Below are positions 37,972 through 46,916 of a stretch of 64,000 bases of DNA, piece by piece. Numbering within the stretch: position 1 is the first letter of the stretch; the number at the start of each line of letters is the position of its first letter. The translations under genes were made by a program, and so were the position numbers. The notes beneath the pieces were generated by a model. That model worked only from the letters and a program-made list of their open reading frames with translations, did no database searches and had not been told where the DNA came from. This DNA is from a virus (lineage: Duplodnaviria > Caudoviricetes), in the IMG/VR virus record IMGVR_UViG_3300043666_000001, positions 1 through 64,000 of that record, one strand, 5' to 3'.

Positions 37972-39716
37972 TTACTCCCCACTTTGGGTTTTGGTTTATT
38001 CTTTGCTTTGACTGTTTCAAGCTCAAGGGCATTTTTATGTCCCACTTGATTGAGCTCCAGGGCCCGGGAGTGCTCAGCTTGGGCACCCATCTCAGTAGAG
38101 GTGTGTAGCTGTTTAGCCTCATCCTCTTTTTGCTGCTTGAGCTCCTCAAGGTAGTCATCTATATTCTCAATCATGAGAATGCCCTTCAGCATCTTGACAG
38201 CGACCTTGTCAGTTAATAGTCCAATGCCCCTCAAGGCGATGACACTGTCAACAAGGGCTTTCTCCTCCTCAGGGTCTGGAGACTGATACTCCCCCCAAGA
38301 GAACTCAAATGGCGGAGAATTCCAGTTCCACTTTTTGCCCATCTCCTCAATGAGTGCCTTGGCCTCAGTTATGCCAGGGAGCTCCATGTCAACAGAGATT
38401 GCAATCCTTAAAAGCATTGCATACACTGGAGCCATGCAGTTGTCTGCAAAGTTAGACCTTATCCGGTCACAACTAGCGAACATTCTCCGCATGAGCTTTT
38501 TCATGCTACTAGCCGCCAACGCATTGCCCTTTGGCAACTTCTCAGGGTCAAGACTCACAACCCCAAACTTGGCCTCTAGCTTGCTGAGGATATCCTTGGT
38601 ATTCTTGTCCAAAGCATCTAACGCATCACCTGGAAGAGTGTGCAGGGTTATCTTCGCGTCTGGGGATGTGTAGGTCCAAACCTCACCCGGTCCCTTTTTG
38701 CGCACCTTACCATTTCCACCTTGAGCCATTGACACATAGCCACCTTTATGTGGCATGTTGGTCTCAGTTGGTGGGCCTCCAAGGACAGAGGATTGGTGAA
38801 TGACCTTCGCGTTCCTGCCCTTTGCTTGAGGACCCTCTCCTGGGGAGACACCAGTCTCTGTCCATTGTGGGTCTCCACTGTACAACGCAGCACGATGACG
38901 TTGAGATAAGCTAAAGTTCATAGCATCCACCTCATCCAGCTCATTGCGGTGGATTGCATAACCATCAACCCTCCCAGCAACATTCCCCTTTTTCATGAAG
39001 GGATACCAGCGCACAGGGCAAAAACCAAGCCCATGGACCACTTCCTCCTCAATACTCCAGGTGTAGTCACCCACATCATTCCCAGCCTTTATCTCAACTG
39101 GGTTAAAGGTAATGTCCGCCTGGGCATCGATGATTCTCCGGAAGAGCATTGGAACAGCTTTCCAAACGTTTCTCTCCTTGACCTCCTCAATGTAGCCGTA
39201 CATAATCTCTAGAGAGAGACATTCACCGTTTTTCTTGAGCTTGGGCAAGCACCACTCTGCTGGGATTGTCTCAACAAAGAGATTCTCATCCCTCACACCA
39301 CACAGGAAAACCCCTGTGCTACACCCCATAGCCTCCTCTAAAACCTCGGCAAAGTGAGTCTTGAGGTTAGCCTCAGTCTCAATGGCAGAGAGGAGTTTAT
39401 CAATCTCCGTTGACTCACTCTCCTCAACTGTCTCTGTATCATCACCCCATGCAGACCTTGCACTTATATCAGGGTAACGTTCCTCACCTAGGATAAGGTC
39501 AACCTTTTGATTTATCGCATCCTCTACTACAGTGTAGACAACACATGGTTGTCGCTCCCATAGTGGGACATCTGCGCTAAACCAACTTGGCCTCCCGTCA
39601 TATTGTGTGCCATCAACATACTTCCTGAGCTTAGCGATTGCTTTAGCTCTAGCGGAGGTCTGTTGATTTATCAACTCTACAGCCTGAGAATAATTTTGAA
39701 TGGAATTATCGTGCAT
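37968..39716 (-). CDS. Portal protein
   Basis: 582 aa immediately after terL; HGLGFCPVRWY, LYSGDPQW. Confidence 0.8.
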   Translation of the reverse strand: MHDNSIQNYSQAVELINQQTSARAKAIAKLRKYVDGTQYDGRPSWFSADVPLWERQPCVVYTVVEDAINQKVDLILGEERYPDISARSAWGDDTETVEESESTEIDKLLSAIETEANLKTHFAEVLEEAMGCSTGVFLCGVRDENLFVETIPAEWCLPKLKKNGECLSLEIMYGYIEEVKERNVWKAVPMLFRRIIDAQADITFNPVEIKAGNDVGDYTWSIEEEVVHGLGFCPVRWYPFMKKGNVAGRVDGYAIHRNELDEVDAMNFSLSQRHRAALYSGDPQWTETGVSPGEGPQAKGRNAKVIHQSSVLGGPPTETNMPHKGGYVSMAQGGNGKVRKKGPGEVWTYTSPDAKITLHTLPGDALDALDKNTKDILSKLEAKFGVVSLDPEKLPKGNALAASSMKKLMRRMFASCDRIRSNFADNCMAPVYAMLLRIAISVDMELPGITEAKALIEEMGKKWNWNSPPFEFSWGEYQSPDPEEEKALVDSVIALRGIGLLTDKVAVKMLKGILMIENIDDYLEELKQQKEDEAKQLHTSTEMGAQAEHSRALELNQVGHKNALELETVKAKNKPKPKVGSK

Positions 39717-39745
39717 TGTTTATTCTCATAGACTGGTTGACAACC

Positions 39746-41134
39746 CTAGTCATCATCCTCATCATAATGATCTGAGGCAAAATCCTCTGTGACTGTCTTG
39801 GTAGAGTAAATTCCACCAAACACATGGTAGATTGCATATCTCAATGCATCTTGACAGTGGTTGTTCTTATCCTCAATCTCATCAAGGATAAGCTCTTTAT
39901 TCTTTGGGTCTCTCTTGCGACGATACATCCCCATCTCCCTAATAAGATTAGGACATTCTGGGGAGACATACATGTGTGGTGATTTCCTACCACTTGGGCT
40001 GGGTTTGAGAGATAGCATTGTTGCTACAACAGGTACACCCTCCTCAATTTTATGAGTGGCATGGACTATGCCTATCTGTGCCTGCTTCTCATATTCAGCG
40101 ATTTGACTTGGACCACTGCTATCCGCGTACCAACGAACATAACCCCTGAACTCATCAGCCCATTCCTTGACAACCATCGCTATATCATTGTAGGTAGTGT
40201 GAGATTTGCAGTATTCACGGATGACATGAACCACAGCATCCCTCCCATATCCACTTACACCCATAAGCAACAACACAGCTGGGTCCTCCCAACCATGGTC
40301 CATGCCAACCAAAAAACTGTGGAATGGCAAGAATGGTGCCCTGATATGCACATCCTCATTAAACATGGGGTACACTAACCCCTCTGCACTGTCAAAGTCA
40401 CACATCCACTCACGTGCAAAAACACTTGGCAGAGTTTTGCGCTTGACCCTTGCAAGATACCGTGGGTCAACCAACTTTGGTGCATCATATGCAGTGGCAT
40501 GAAAGCTGAAGTGAGATGAGGTCATGTCCTTTATCTCCTCCTCACTCAAGCCACCCTCATCATGCTGGCGCCAATAGGACTCACTTGGCCAAAGCTTTGC
40601 AGCCTTGTACAATAGCCCATATCTACCACGTCGTGGTGTGCCACCTATGATGGTTATGCGCAAGCTCCTGGGCTCACTGAACCATGGCTGTGTGACAGAC
40701 TCAACAATCTCAGGGTCAACATCATCAGCCTCATCCACAAACACCACGTCGCATCTTATGCCACGTGCATTGTCCGCAACATCTGCACTGACAAACTGTA
40801 TCCAACTACCACCAGGGAAAGAAACACGCCACTCCGTCTTATTTACCACCCCACCTAGAAATTTCCACTTACCCTCCAGCTCTGCTACCAGCAGCTGAGA
40901 ATGGACTTTCTTGGCTTGTACAAGTGTAGGCATGAGTACGACTATGCGCACCCCTGTCTCATCAGTGTCTTGTCTTGCTTTCCAATCCCATTGATAGACA
41001 AGCAAGTAGCATACCAGTCTGGTAAACCAACTCTTTCCAATCCCACGCCCCCAAGGGATGCAAACTGTGTTCCCTGGCTGTATGTGTTGGTGTGCCAGTT
41101 GTTGGGCATAGCACTTGCTAAGGTCAATATCCAT
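39746..41134 (-). CDS. terL: Terminase large subunit
   Basis: Walker A GRGIGKS, Walker B VVFVDEAD, nuclease GMDHGWEDP and NNHCQDALRY; ATG at 41134 preferred over 41191. Confidence 0.92.
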   Translation of the reverse strand: MDIDLSKCYAQQLAHQHIQPGNTVCIPWGRGIGKSWFTRLVCYLLVYQWDWKARQDTDETGVRIVVLMPTLVQAKKVHSQLLVAELEGKWKFLGGVVNKTEWRVSFPGGSWIQFVSADVADNARGIRCDVVFVDEADDVDPEIVESVTQPWFSEPRSLRITIIGGTPRRGRYGLLYKAAKLWPSESYWRQHDEGGLSEEEIKDMTSSHFSFHATAYDAPKLVDPRYLARVKRKTLPSVFAREWMCDFDSAEGLVYPMFNEDVHIRAPFLPFHSFLVGMDHGWEDPAVLLLMGVSGYGRDAVVHVIREYCKSHTTYNDIAMVVKEWADEFRGYVRWYADSSGPSQIAEYEKQAQIGIVHATHKIEEGVPVVATMLSLKPSPSGRKSPHMYVSPECPNLIREMGMYRRKRDPKNKELILDEIEDKNNHCQDALRYAIYHVFGGIYSTKTVTEDFASDHYDEDDD

Positions 41135-41493
41135 GAGCCGTAAAATCCGTGTTTTTCCAGTGTGGCCAGGGGAATGTGCAGCATTGAACATTCCCCAAGC
41201 CCAAGTCTTGGCACACTATGTGGCTAAACATGGACCAAGTTATATCAAGCACACCTGAGTTGACCAATCCCCACACTGTAGGATTTACCTATTTGGTAAA
41301 TGGCCATAGTGGCATAAGAGTTGCCACTTGCTATTTCTATACCACGGCAAGGGCTTGCGTGGATTTATGGAGTTGGGGAGATAACACATGCGGATGTGAG
41401 ACCTCTGCGCCACATCAATACTCATGCCATGAGATTAAGCATGGGTGTTGCATAGATGGAATTACCCATACTAGTACACATCTTGCCATTGTG

Positions 41494-41585
41494 GTCTACA
41501 TAGTGGATTTGAACCACTGACCTGGGCAGCTATGTCATAAATCATGCCACAGGGCCCGACTCTGTCCAGCTGAGCTAATGCAAAC
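41494..41585 (-). tRNA. tRNA-His(GUG)-like gene with a 17-nt insertion in the anticodon loop
   Basis: G-1:C73, acceptor TTTGCAT/ATGTAGA, D GCTC/GAGT, GGGCC-CT-GTG-G-[CATGATTTATGACATAG]-C-TGCCC, T arm AGTGG-TTCAAAT-CCACT. Confidence 0.7.
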
Positions 41586-41589
41586 CTTG

Positions 41590-41660
41590 AGCCATATGTA
41601 GGTGCTGCCCCCACGTCAACCGAGTACAAATCGGTAGCTCTACTGTTGAGCTAATATGGC
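41590..41660 (-). tRNA. tRNA-Thr(UGU), atypical T loop
   Basis: GCCATAT/ATATGGC; GCTC/GAGC; ACCGA-TTTGTAC-TCGGT; GTGGG-GGCAGCA-CCTAC. Confidence 0.8.
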
Positions 41661-41664
41661 ATGA

Positions 41665-42018
41665 TTATTTATTCTTTTCCTTTAACCTAACCCTCTGTGT
41701 AGGTTGGTATGCTCTTCTGTACTTCCTGTACTTCTCCCTACATAACTCACACTTGCACCCAATCTTCCCTCTTGACCCACCACCGTGGCCTATCTCCCTA
41801 TAGGCATAGTCATTGCAGATGCGTGTTTTGACTAGATGGCATGGCTTACATCTAAGTACACACTTTTCTAGCTCTGCTTCCCACCTGGCCCTTGCCTGGG
41901 AGAAGAGTGTGCTCATATTGCACAGCTTATCCGATGAGATTACGTGGTCGAATTCCAGTGCATCAATTGTGCCACAATCAACGCAAGAGTCTTCGCATGG
42001 TAGAGCAACGAATCTCAC
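41665..42018 (-). CDS. HNH endonuclease inside the tRNA cluster
   Basis: CVDCG...LEFDHV...KCVLRCKPCHLVKT; C-terminal CKCELC. Confidence 0.8.
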   Translation of the reverse strand: MRFVALPCEDSCVDCGTIDALEFDHVISSDKLCNMSTLFSQARARWEAELEKCVLRCKPCHLVKTRICNDYAYREIGHGGGSRGKIGCKCELCREKYRKYRRAYQPTQRVRLKEKNK

Positions 42019-42058
42019 CCATGAACCAAATTGGCATAGTCATTGACTATACCATTAG

Positions 42059-42129
42059 CAGACCAGGTAGGAATCGAACCTACTCGATAGGGTTTTGGAG
42101 GCCCAACGGTCACCATGACTCTCTGGAAT
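42059..42129 (-). tRNA. tRNA-Trp(CCA), degenerate acceptor stem (possible pseudogene)
   Basis: Loop CTCCAAA in TGGGC/ACCCT; T arm GTAGG-TTCGATT-CCTAC; two acceptor mismatches; short D loop. Confidence 0.6.
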
Positions 42130-42474
42130 ATAAGTTGCTAAGGCACTGCCCCTTAGCTGCCAGGCCTCATCCCAGGTTGACCGCAAGACTGAGGTTGAGT
42201 TACGGTCAGCTACGTTTCCACCCTTGCTTGCGCTGTAGCTACATGGATTGGCACATTCCTTGCCTGAGTAGTCAGACATAGTCAAGCGCCAGAGAGTATA
42301 CTGGCATGTACCTTGCTATATTGCACCATTCAAACAGTGCCTATCTCCATGGATACCCCTGTAGGGGTTTCACCTACCTAGTGCACTAGTGTGCTTATCA
42401 ACATCTATGCCATGTGTATGCCTTGCAAAGCCTATACCAATCAGTGAGTTGTTGACTGGCACAAGTTTCTCCGG

Positions 42475-42546
42475 TCTAGTTAGAGGGACTTGAACCCCCG
42501 TAGTCTTGCTCCCAAAGCAAGTGCCTTGCCACTCGGCCACAACTAG
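42475..42546 (-). tRNA. tRNA-Pro(UGG)
   Basis: CTAGTTG/TAACTAG; CTTGC-TTTGGGA-GCAAG; GGGGG-TTCAAGT-CCCTC. Confidence 0.85.
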
Positions 42547-42622
42547 ATATTTGGCTGGGTTAACCAGTAGCCTCACTCACCTGGAAGGGTTCTTGCATTC
42601 AAGGGCCCATAAGCAACTCTTG

Positions 42623-42696
42623 TGCCACAACCTGGATTCGAGCCAGGACTTTACAGGTTCTAGACCTGCTGCCTCTGCCAATTGGGCTACTGTGGC
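42623..42696 (-). tRNA. tRNA-Leu(UAG) with C33
   Basis: GCCACAG/TTGTGGC; D GCCCAATTGGCAGAGGC; GCAGG-TCTAGAA-CCTGT; CCTGG-CTCGAAT-CCAGG. Confidence 0.7.
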
Positions 42697-42705
42697 AATA
42701 ATCAG

Positions 42706-42775
42706 ACCATCCTAGTGGAATCGAACCACTGTTTGCTCATGCGAAGAGCTGTCCTAACCTCTAGACGAAAGATGG
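42706..42775 (-). ncRNA. tRNA-like element with a shortened anticodon arm
   Basis: CCATCTT/AGGATGG; Glu/Asp-type D arm GTCTAGAGGTTAGGAC; GCTC-TTCGCAT-GAGC (4-bp stem); AGTGG-TTCGATT-CCACT. Confidence 0.65.
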
Positions 42776-42867
42776 TTGCAATGCATAAGCCTTGCCAGTG
42801 AGATGTTTATATCGCCCCTCTCCACCATGAGGGCTTGGCCCACTGTTTGCTAGCTGCAATGGGTTAG

Positions 42868-42955
42868 TGGCATGTGTAGGATTCGAACCTACTGAGCCTT
42901 TAGGCTAGTTGAAGCTTGCACCTCAACCGAGAACTCCATAGTCATATATCATGCC
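42868..42955 (-). ncRNA. Type II (long variable arm) tRNA-like element with extended anticodon arm, GCA in the loop
   Basis: GGCATG/CATGCC; GGTTGA-GGTGCAAGCT-TCAACT; variable arm AGCC-TAAA-GGCT; GTAGG-TTCGAAT-CCTAC; poor D stem. Confidence 0.6.
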
Positions 42956-42960
42956 ATATA

Positions 42961-43116
42961 TCAAGGCTTATTTGAGGGTAGACCCTCAATGGCACCTAGC
43001 AAGCGCTGTACCAATTCCTGCTCACTAACTTTCATGCCAAAACCCTTGGTGATGTCATACACTGTAGCCCAACTTAGGATAAGTTGTAGCTCTTCCTGGC
43101 TAAGCTCAATCTTCAT
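42961..43116 (-). CDS. 51-aa hypothetical protein heading the tRNA operon (not in track)
   Basis: MKIELSQEELQLILSWATVYDITKGF...; leaderless ATG. Confidence 0.55.
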   Translation of the reverse strand: MKIELSQEELQLILSWATVYDITKGFGMKVSEQELVQRLLGAIEGLPSNKP

Positions 43117-43122
43117 ATCTAG

Positions 43123-43151
43123 ATGATAGCGAGGAGCACATGTCTGGTCAA
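43123..43151 (-). promoter_or_regulatory. Sigma70-type promoter, probably driving the tRNA cluster
   Basis: TTGACC-N17-TATCAT, 6 nt, ATG at 43116. Confidence 0.7.
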
Positions 43152-43225
43152 GGAGAAAGTGCAGCCCATAACCATCTCCAATCCCCCCTTGACATCTCCT
43201 GTGATGTGACTACCTTGCCAACCTC

Positions 43226-43635
43226 ATGAGCCAAACACCGCAGCAACAGGTTGACACACTTATTGCAACCATGCAAACCATATACCATATGGCAAAGAAA
43301 GGCAGGATGGGGCACTACAGCAAGGAGCAAACCCTCTATGAGATTTGCTGCATCTCAGGCAGAGTCTGCAATGAATATGCTAATGAAAAAGATAGACTTG
43401 ACCCATTGACTCCCTAGAGGGAGGTGCTATCTTATTCTCTATGAACCTCGCGTCGAGCAAGACCCTCAATCTCGTCATCGTCAACAGCCTTGGCATGACT
43501 ATCTCCAGCATCCTATCCAGCCAGCTTCCCCTCACCAAGGAAGAGATGATTGAGATGGCAGACAAGGCTTGTGCCAATGGCTTCCAGGCCAAGGTGTGGG
43601 ACCTGGATGAGCTGGACCCCATCTACAGCTGCTAA
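43226..43635 (+). other. Two small + strand CDS (43226-43417, 43441-43635), each with its own promoter
   Basis: TTGACA-N16-TACCTT at 43189-43216; TTGACT-N16-TATCTT at 43406-43433 with ATG 7 nt later. Confidence 0.6.
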
Positions 43636-44150
43636 GCCTTACTGGGCTCCTTAGGGGGCCCTTTCTCCCCCTCTGGGGGTGGGTTGGCATAAATCAACTT
43701 CACCTCCATTGGCACCCTATTTGCCTTCTCCTCAACTGTCAATTTCAACTCAGCCCCACTGTAACGACCATATAGCTCAGTTGCCTTTAAAGCACTAGCG
43801 TAATCCGGTAAGCCTGTAATCTTACTTGGCGTGGTCATTGCTTGATAGAGGATGTGCTTCACGGTTGAGGCTAGCTCACTACGTAACGCGTCTAAATCCT
43901 CAGGGGGTGTTGCTAGGCGCCTGGAGGCCTCAGCAGACTCCTTGAGCAAACTCTCCTCCCCTATAGCCCATACCCTCATAAGGGCCCTAATGGTCATCCT
44001 AGAGCGATAGCGACCACTTGCCATCAAATCCGCGATGTAGTTAACCCTATCAGCCTTGTTCGCCTTAGGGGGTGCATCTGTATATGGTGCAATATCCGCG
44101 CCATTATACTCAGATGTGACTAAGTCACGATGTGGCTTGGCTTTTGCCAT
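43632..44150 (-). CDS. Terminase small subunit (putative)
   Basis: ATG at 44150; HTH-like RMTIRALMRVWAIGEESL, helical core, ASALKATELYGRY; upstream of terL. Confidence 0.6.
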   Translation of the reverse strand: MAKAKPHRDLVTSEYNGADIAPYTDAPPKANKADRVNYIADLMASGRYRSRMTIRALMRVWAIGEESLLKESAEASRRLATPPEDLDALRSELASTVKHILYQAMTTPSKITGLPDYASALKATELYGRYSGAELKLTVEEKANRVPMEVKLIYANPPPEGEKGPPKEPSKA

Positions 44151-44205
44151 GATATCTCTTTTGCGCGTGAAAGTACGTGTGGTTAGTGGGGTGGGGAGAG
44201 CCAGA

Positions 44206-44240
44206 GGGGAACCTAAAGGGGAGGGGGAACCTAAAGGGGA
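44206..44240 (+). repeat. Direct repeat GGGGAACCTAAAGGGGA x2 in a G-tract-rich segment
   Basis: Copies at 44206-44222 and 44224-44240. Confidence 0.85.
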
Positions 44241-44457
44241 AAATAGGGGGATAGCAACTCTCACGCCTCTCTCCCCCCAAGAACAAGGGCATGCAATGTG
44301 GCACACTTCGTGAAGCAAGATAAACTCTGCAAGGCCCATGCCTAAATTGAGAACATGGGTCAGAATGCCGCGCAGTGACATCACCCTCTATAAGGAGGAG
44401 GAACAAGGGTCCCTCTTGGCAAGCCCCAGGCAAAATCGAAAAAGATAGATTTAGACC

Positions 44458-44485
44458 TTGCACATCTTGGTAGATGGTTTATCTT
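44458..44485 (+). promoter_or_regulatory. Sigma70-type promoter, leaderless ATG at 44493
   Basis: TTGCAC-N16-TATCTT, 7 nt, ATGAACCTCG; spacer has CATCT-TGGT-AGATG. Confidence 0.7.
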
Positions 44486-44492
44486 ATCTCTT

Positions 44493-45990
44493 ATGAACCT
44501 CGTCGCAAACAAGTCCTACCGAGTTCTCTCCACTGAACTTCACGTCAACACGTTGGCGCAACTGGCGAACAGGGCTGACAATCGATTGGCAGCGAAGGAG
44601 TTGATGGCACGAGTTGTGCAGCACATGGGATTTCGTCGTGTGATGAGTGTCAAGGGGTTCATCAAGACTGCCCAAAAAAGGGGGTGGTCGCGTGAAGCAG
44701 CGGTAATTGCGGTTGATTTTGCCTCAATGTACAAGACCGAGGAGGAATTCAGCGTCGAGTTTGGCAAGATTCACCACATCAGCTGAGACTCAAATCAAAA
44801 AAGATAGCAAGGGGAGGTTGACAGCCTCCCTTTTCACATCTATCTTTATTTGAGTCACCAAGGAGGCACGACAATGGAACTGCAATTCGCAATCATCTCT
44901 GCATCAGGCATGTTCTTTTCCCGCGTTGATGGATGGATTGAGTCTTACTGCTTTGCTGATGTGTTTGGCACAATGTCTTCTGCTCAGGCAGTGATGGATG
45001 AGTTGCAACTCTCAGGCCAGATTGACCTTGTTGCAGTCTATCTTTAGGACTTGACATCTACCAATCTAGACATAGGATATAGATATGAATTCGCTAGGTG
45101 ATTTAGTTAGGGCTCACAACGAGGCTATGGTTCAGGCATATATCAGTGAGGCCAAAAATCAATCTATCCAAACCCAGAACAAGAAATGGGCCAAGGTTTT
45201 TAAGTTGGCTGATGCTGTCAAGGCGATGGGGGGTGCGTTTTGAAAAACCAGACCGATGAGGTGTTGGCACAATTGATGAATCTTGTGAAATCCCTAGATA
45301 TGGACCGTCTGGAGTTGTGCATTCGAGCTGATGGCAGGATATATGCCAGCATTGAAACAAGCCGTGGTTACGTGAAACATTCCATCAATTGTGAAATTGA
45401 TGAGGCACACAAGTTGCTGGACATCAATAATTACAAGGCATAAACCAATTTGGTTGCAAATTAGGGGCTCCACACTCAGGTGTTGGGCCCTTTTGCTTTT
45501 GCCCTTGACATCTCAATTGGTAGATGTAGGTTAAGTGACATGAGCGCAACGAAAAAAGGGATGAATCGCCAGGATGATGGCAGGTTTCTTGCCCACTTTG
45601 ACACAATCTGCAAATGTGGCAGGAGCATGGGAATCCACTCGGCACATCGGCCGTTTGAGTTTGATGACCTGGAGATGGAAGAGTTGCCTGAGACTCATCC
45701 CAACTACGGCAACAGATGTGCCGGGTTCAAAAAAGCTAAGCCACAATCGACCACTTGACATCATCACATCTACCAATTAGATTCTAGATATGAACAGCAA
45801 TCCCCGGGCGATGTCGTTTCAGTACACCCAAGTCTTCACTAAATCTCATCGTGGCATATTCAATGCAGGCGATAAGCTGGTCAATCAAATCAGCTTTCCT
45901 TCACTTACGCTGTTCACGATGTGGGTGCAGGAGATTAACGCGGCGCACAAGGCACGCAAGTTGCCTTATTACATATCCATTGATTGCTAA
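44493..45990 (+). other. Island of small early genes (44493-44786, 44874-45047, 45085-45243, 45240-45443, 45540-45758, 45790-45990)
   Basis: Most have their own promoter: 44818-44846, 45051-45078, 45505-45532, 45755-45783. Confidence 0.65.
45463..45494 (+). terminator. Intrinsic terminator
   Basis: GGGCTC-CACAC-TCAG-GTGT-TGGGCCC followed by TTTT. Confidence 0.55.
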
Positions 45991-46538
45991 GCCTTCAACC
46001 TGACAAGAAACAGGCCATCAACCCAAATCCTACCCTCCCCCACCAACCCCTCCAGTGCAGATAACACATCTGGTGCTGAGAGGGGTTTTCCCTTTGAGCT
46101 AAACAGGTGGTCCAGGGAAGATTTGAGGTAGTTAACCCCATAACCTGGGAGTCTATCCAAAATAGCCGCTCTTGCCTCCACAACGCCTATTAGCGAGGTT
46201 TGCTCGTGGTAGTGATAGACTACCCCACTTGGGGACTCCTCAACTATTACAGGCCGTCTAGGGACGAGGGTGGGGGGCTTTTTCATCTAGCAAGCTTAAC
46301 CATCATCGCGACAGAGGGCAAGTAGGTGACTCATGGCAACTCCAGGTAGGGTCGCGTCATCATCAAGGATATCCTCATCCGTGAGTTCTGCCTCAACCTG
46401 AGGTTGAGGTTCAAACCCCTGCTGCCACTTCTCATGCCGCTCTGAGTTTGGGCTAGAATCGGGGATGGGAGTCAATCTATGTGCCAAGGCTAGATAATTG
46501 AGGTAATCGGGGTGATTGTTGCTGCTAACACTCATCAT
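45987..46538 (-). other. Two hypothetical CDS (45987-46286, 46296-46538)
   Basis: ORF track; the first has a winged-helix-like C-terminus (DVLSALEGLVGEGRIWV). Confidence 0.5.
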
Positions 46539-46760
46539 CTAAATCTATGACATGGGTGATGTCAAATCAACGTCTATTAGTTAACTCCCAATAGACAGAC
46601 TCAAATGTCTCACCAGTGACAATCTCTTGACACCAAGGTGCAGTTGCAATGAACATGCCATATTGGTCAATCTCCACATGAATCTGAAGAGAAAGCACCA
46701 CCGTCGATTTATCTACCAATGTACCTTGACTCCAATCAAATGATAGCTAATATCTAGTCT

Positions 46761-46916
46761 ATGAACAGCGCAGGCAACAACAATACTGTCTCTTTTACCT
46801 CCTTGCTCAACCAAGTTCAGGAGGCAAAGAAGGCTGCAAAGGTGAAGGATGTTGTGCGCACTTACCACACCATGAATGGTGTTGGCATTGTTCTTGATTT
46901 TAGCAGCTGCAAATAA
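46761..46916 (+). CDS. 51-aa hypothetical protein (not in track)
   Basis: MNSAGNNNTVSFTSLLNQVQEAKK...; promoter TTGACT-N16-TAATAT at 46726-46753, ATG 7 nt later. Confidence 0.55.
   Translation: MNSAGNNNTVSFTSLLNQVQEAKKAAKVKDVVRTYHTMNGVGIVLDFSSCK

Noticed and set aside
42346-42420. tRNA-like 3' end GTAGG-TGAAACC-CCTAC-AGGGGTA-T-CCA on the - strand
   Set aside because: No matching 5' acceptor strand or D arm; better explained as an ACCCCT/AGGGGT palindrome.
42650-42670. Amber suppressor (CUA) reading of the tRNA at 42623-42696
   Set aside because: The stem centres TAG in the loop, the D arm is Leu-like, and genes show no in-frame TAG interruptions.
12137-44150. Stop-codon reassignment
   Set aside because: All core virion genes are full length in the standard code.
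43632-44384. 250-aa long form of the small terminase
   Set aside because: The first 78 codons translate the G/C-rich repeat (LGSPSPLGSP); ATG at 44150 gives a sensible protein.
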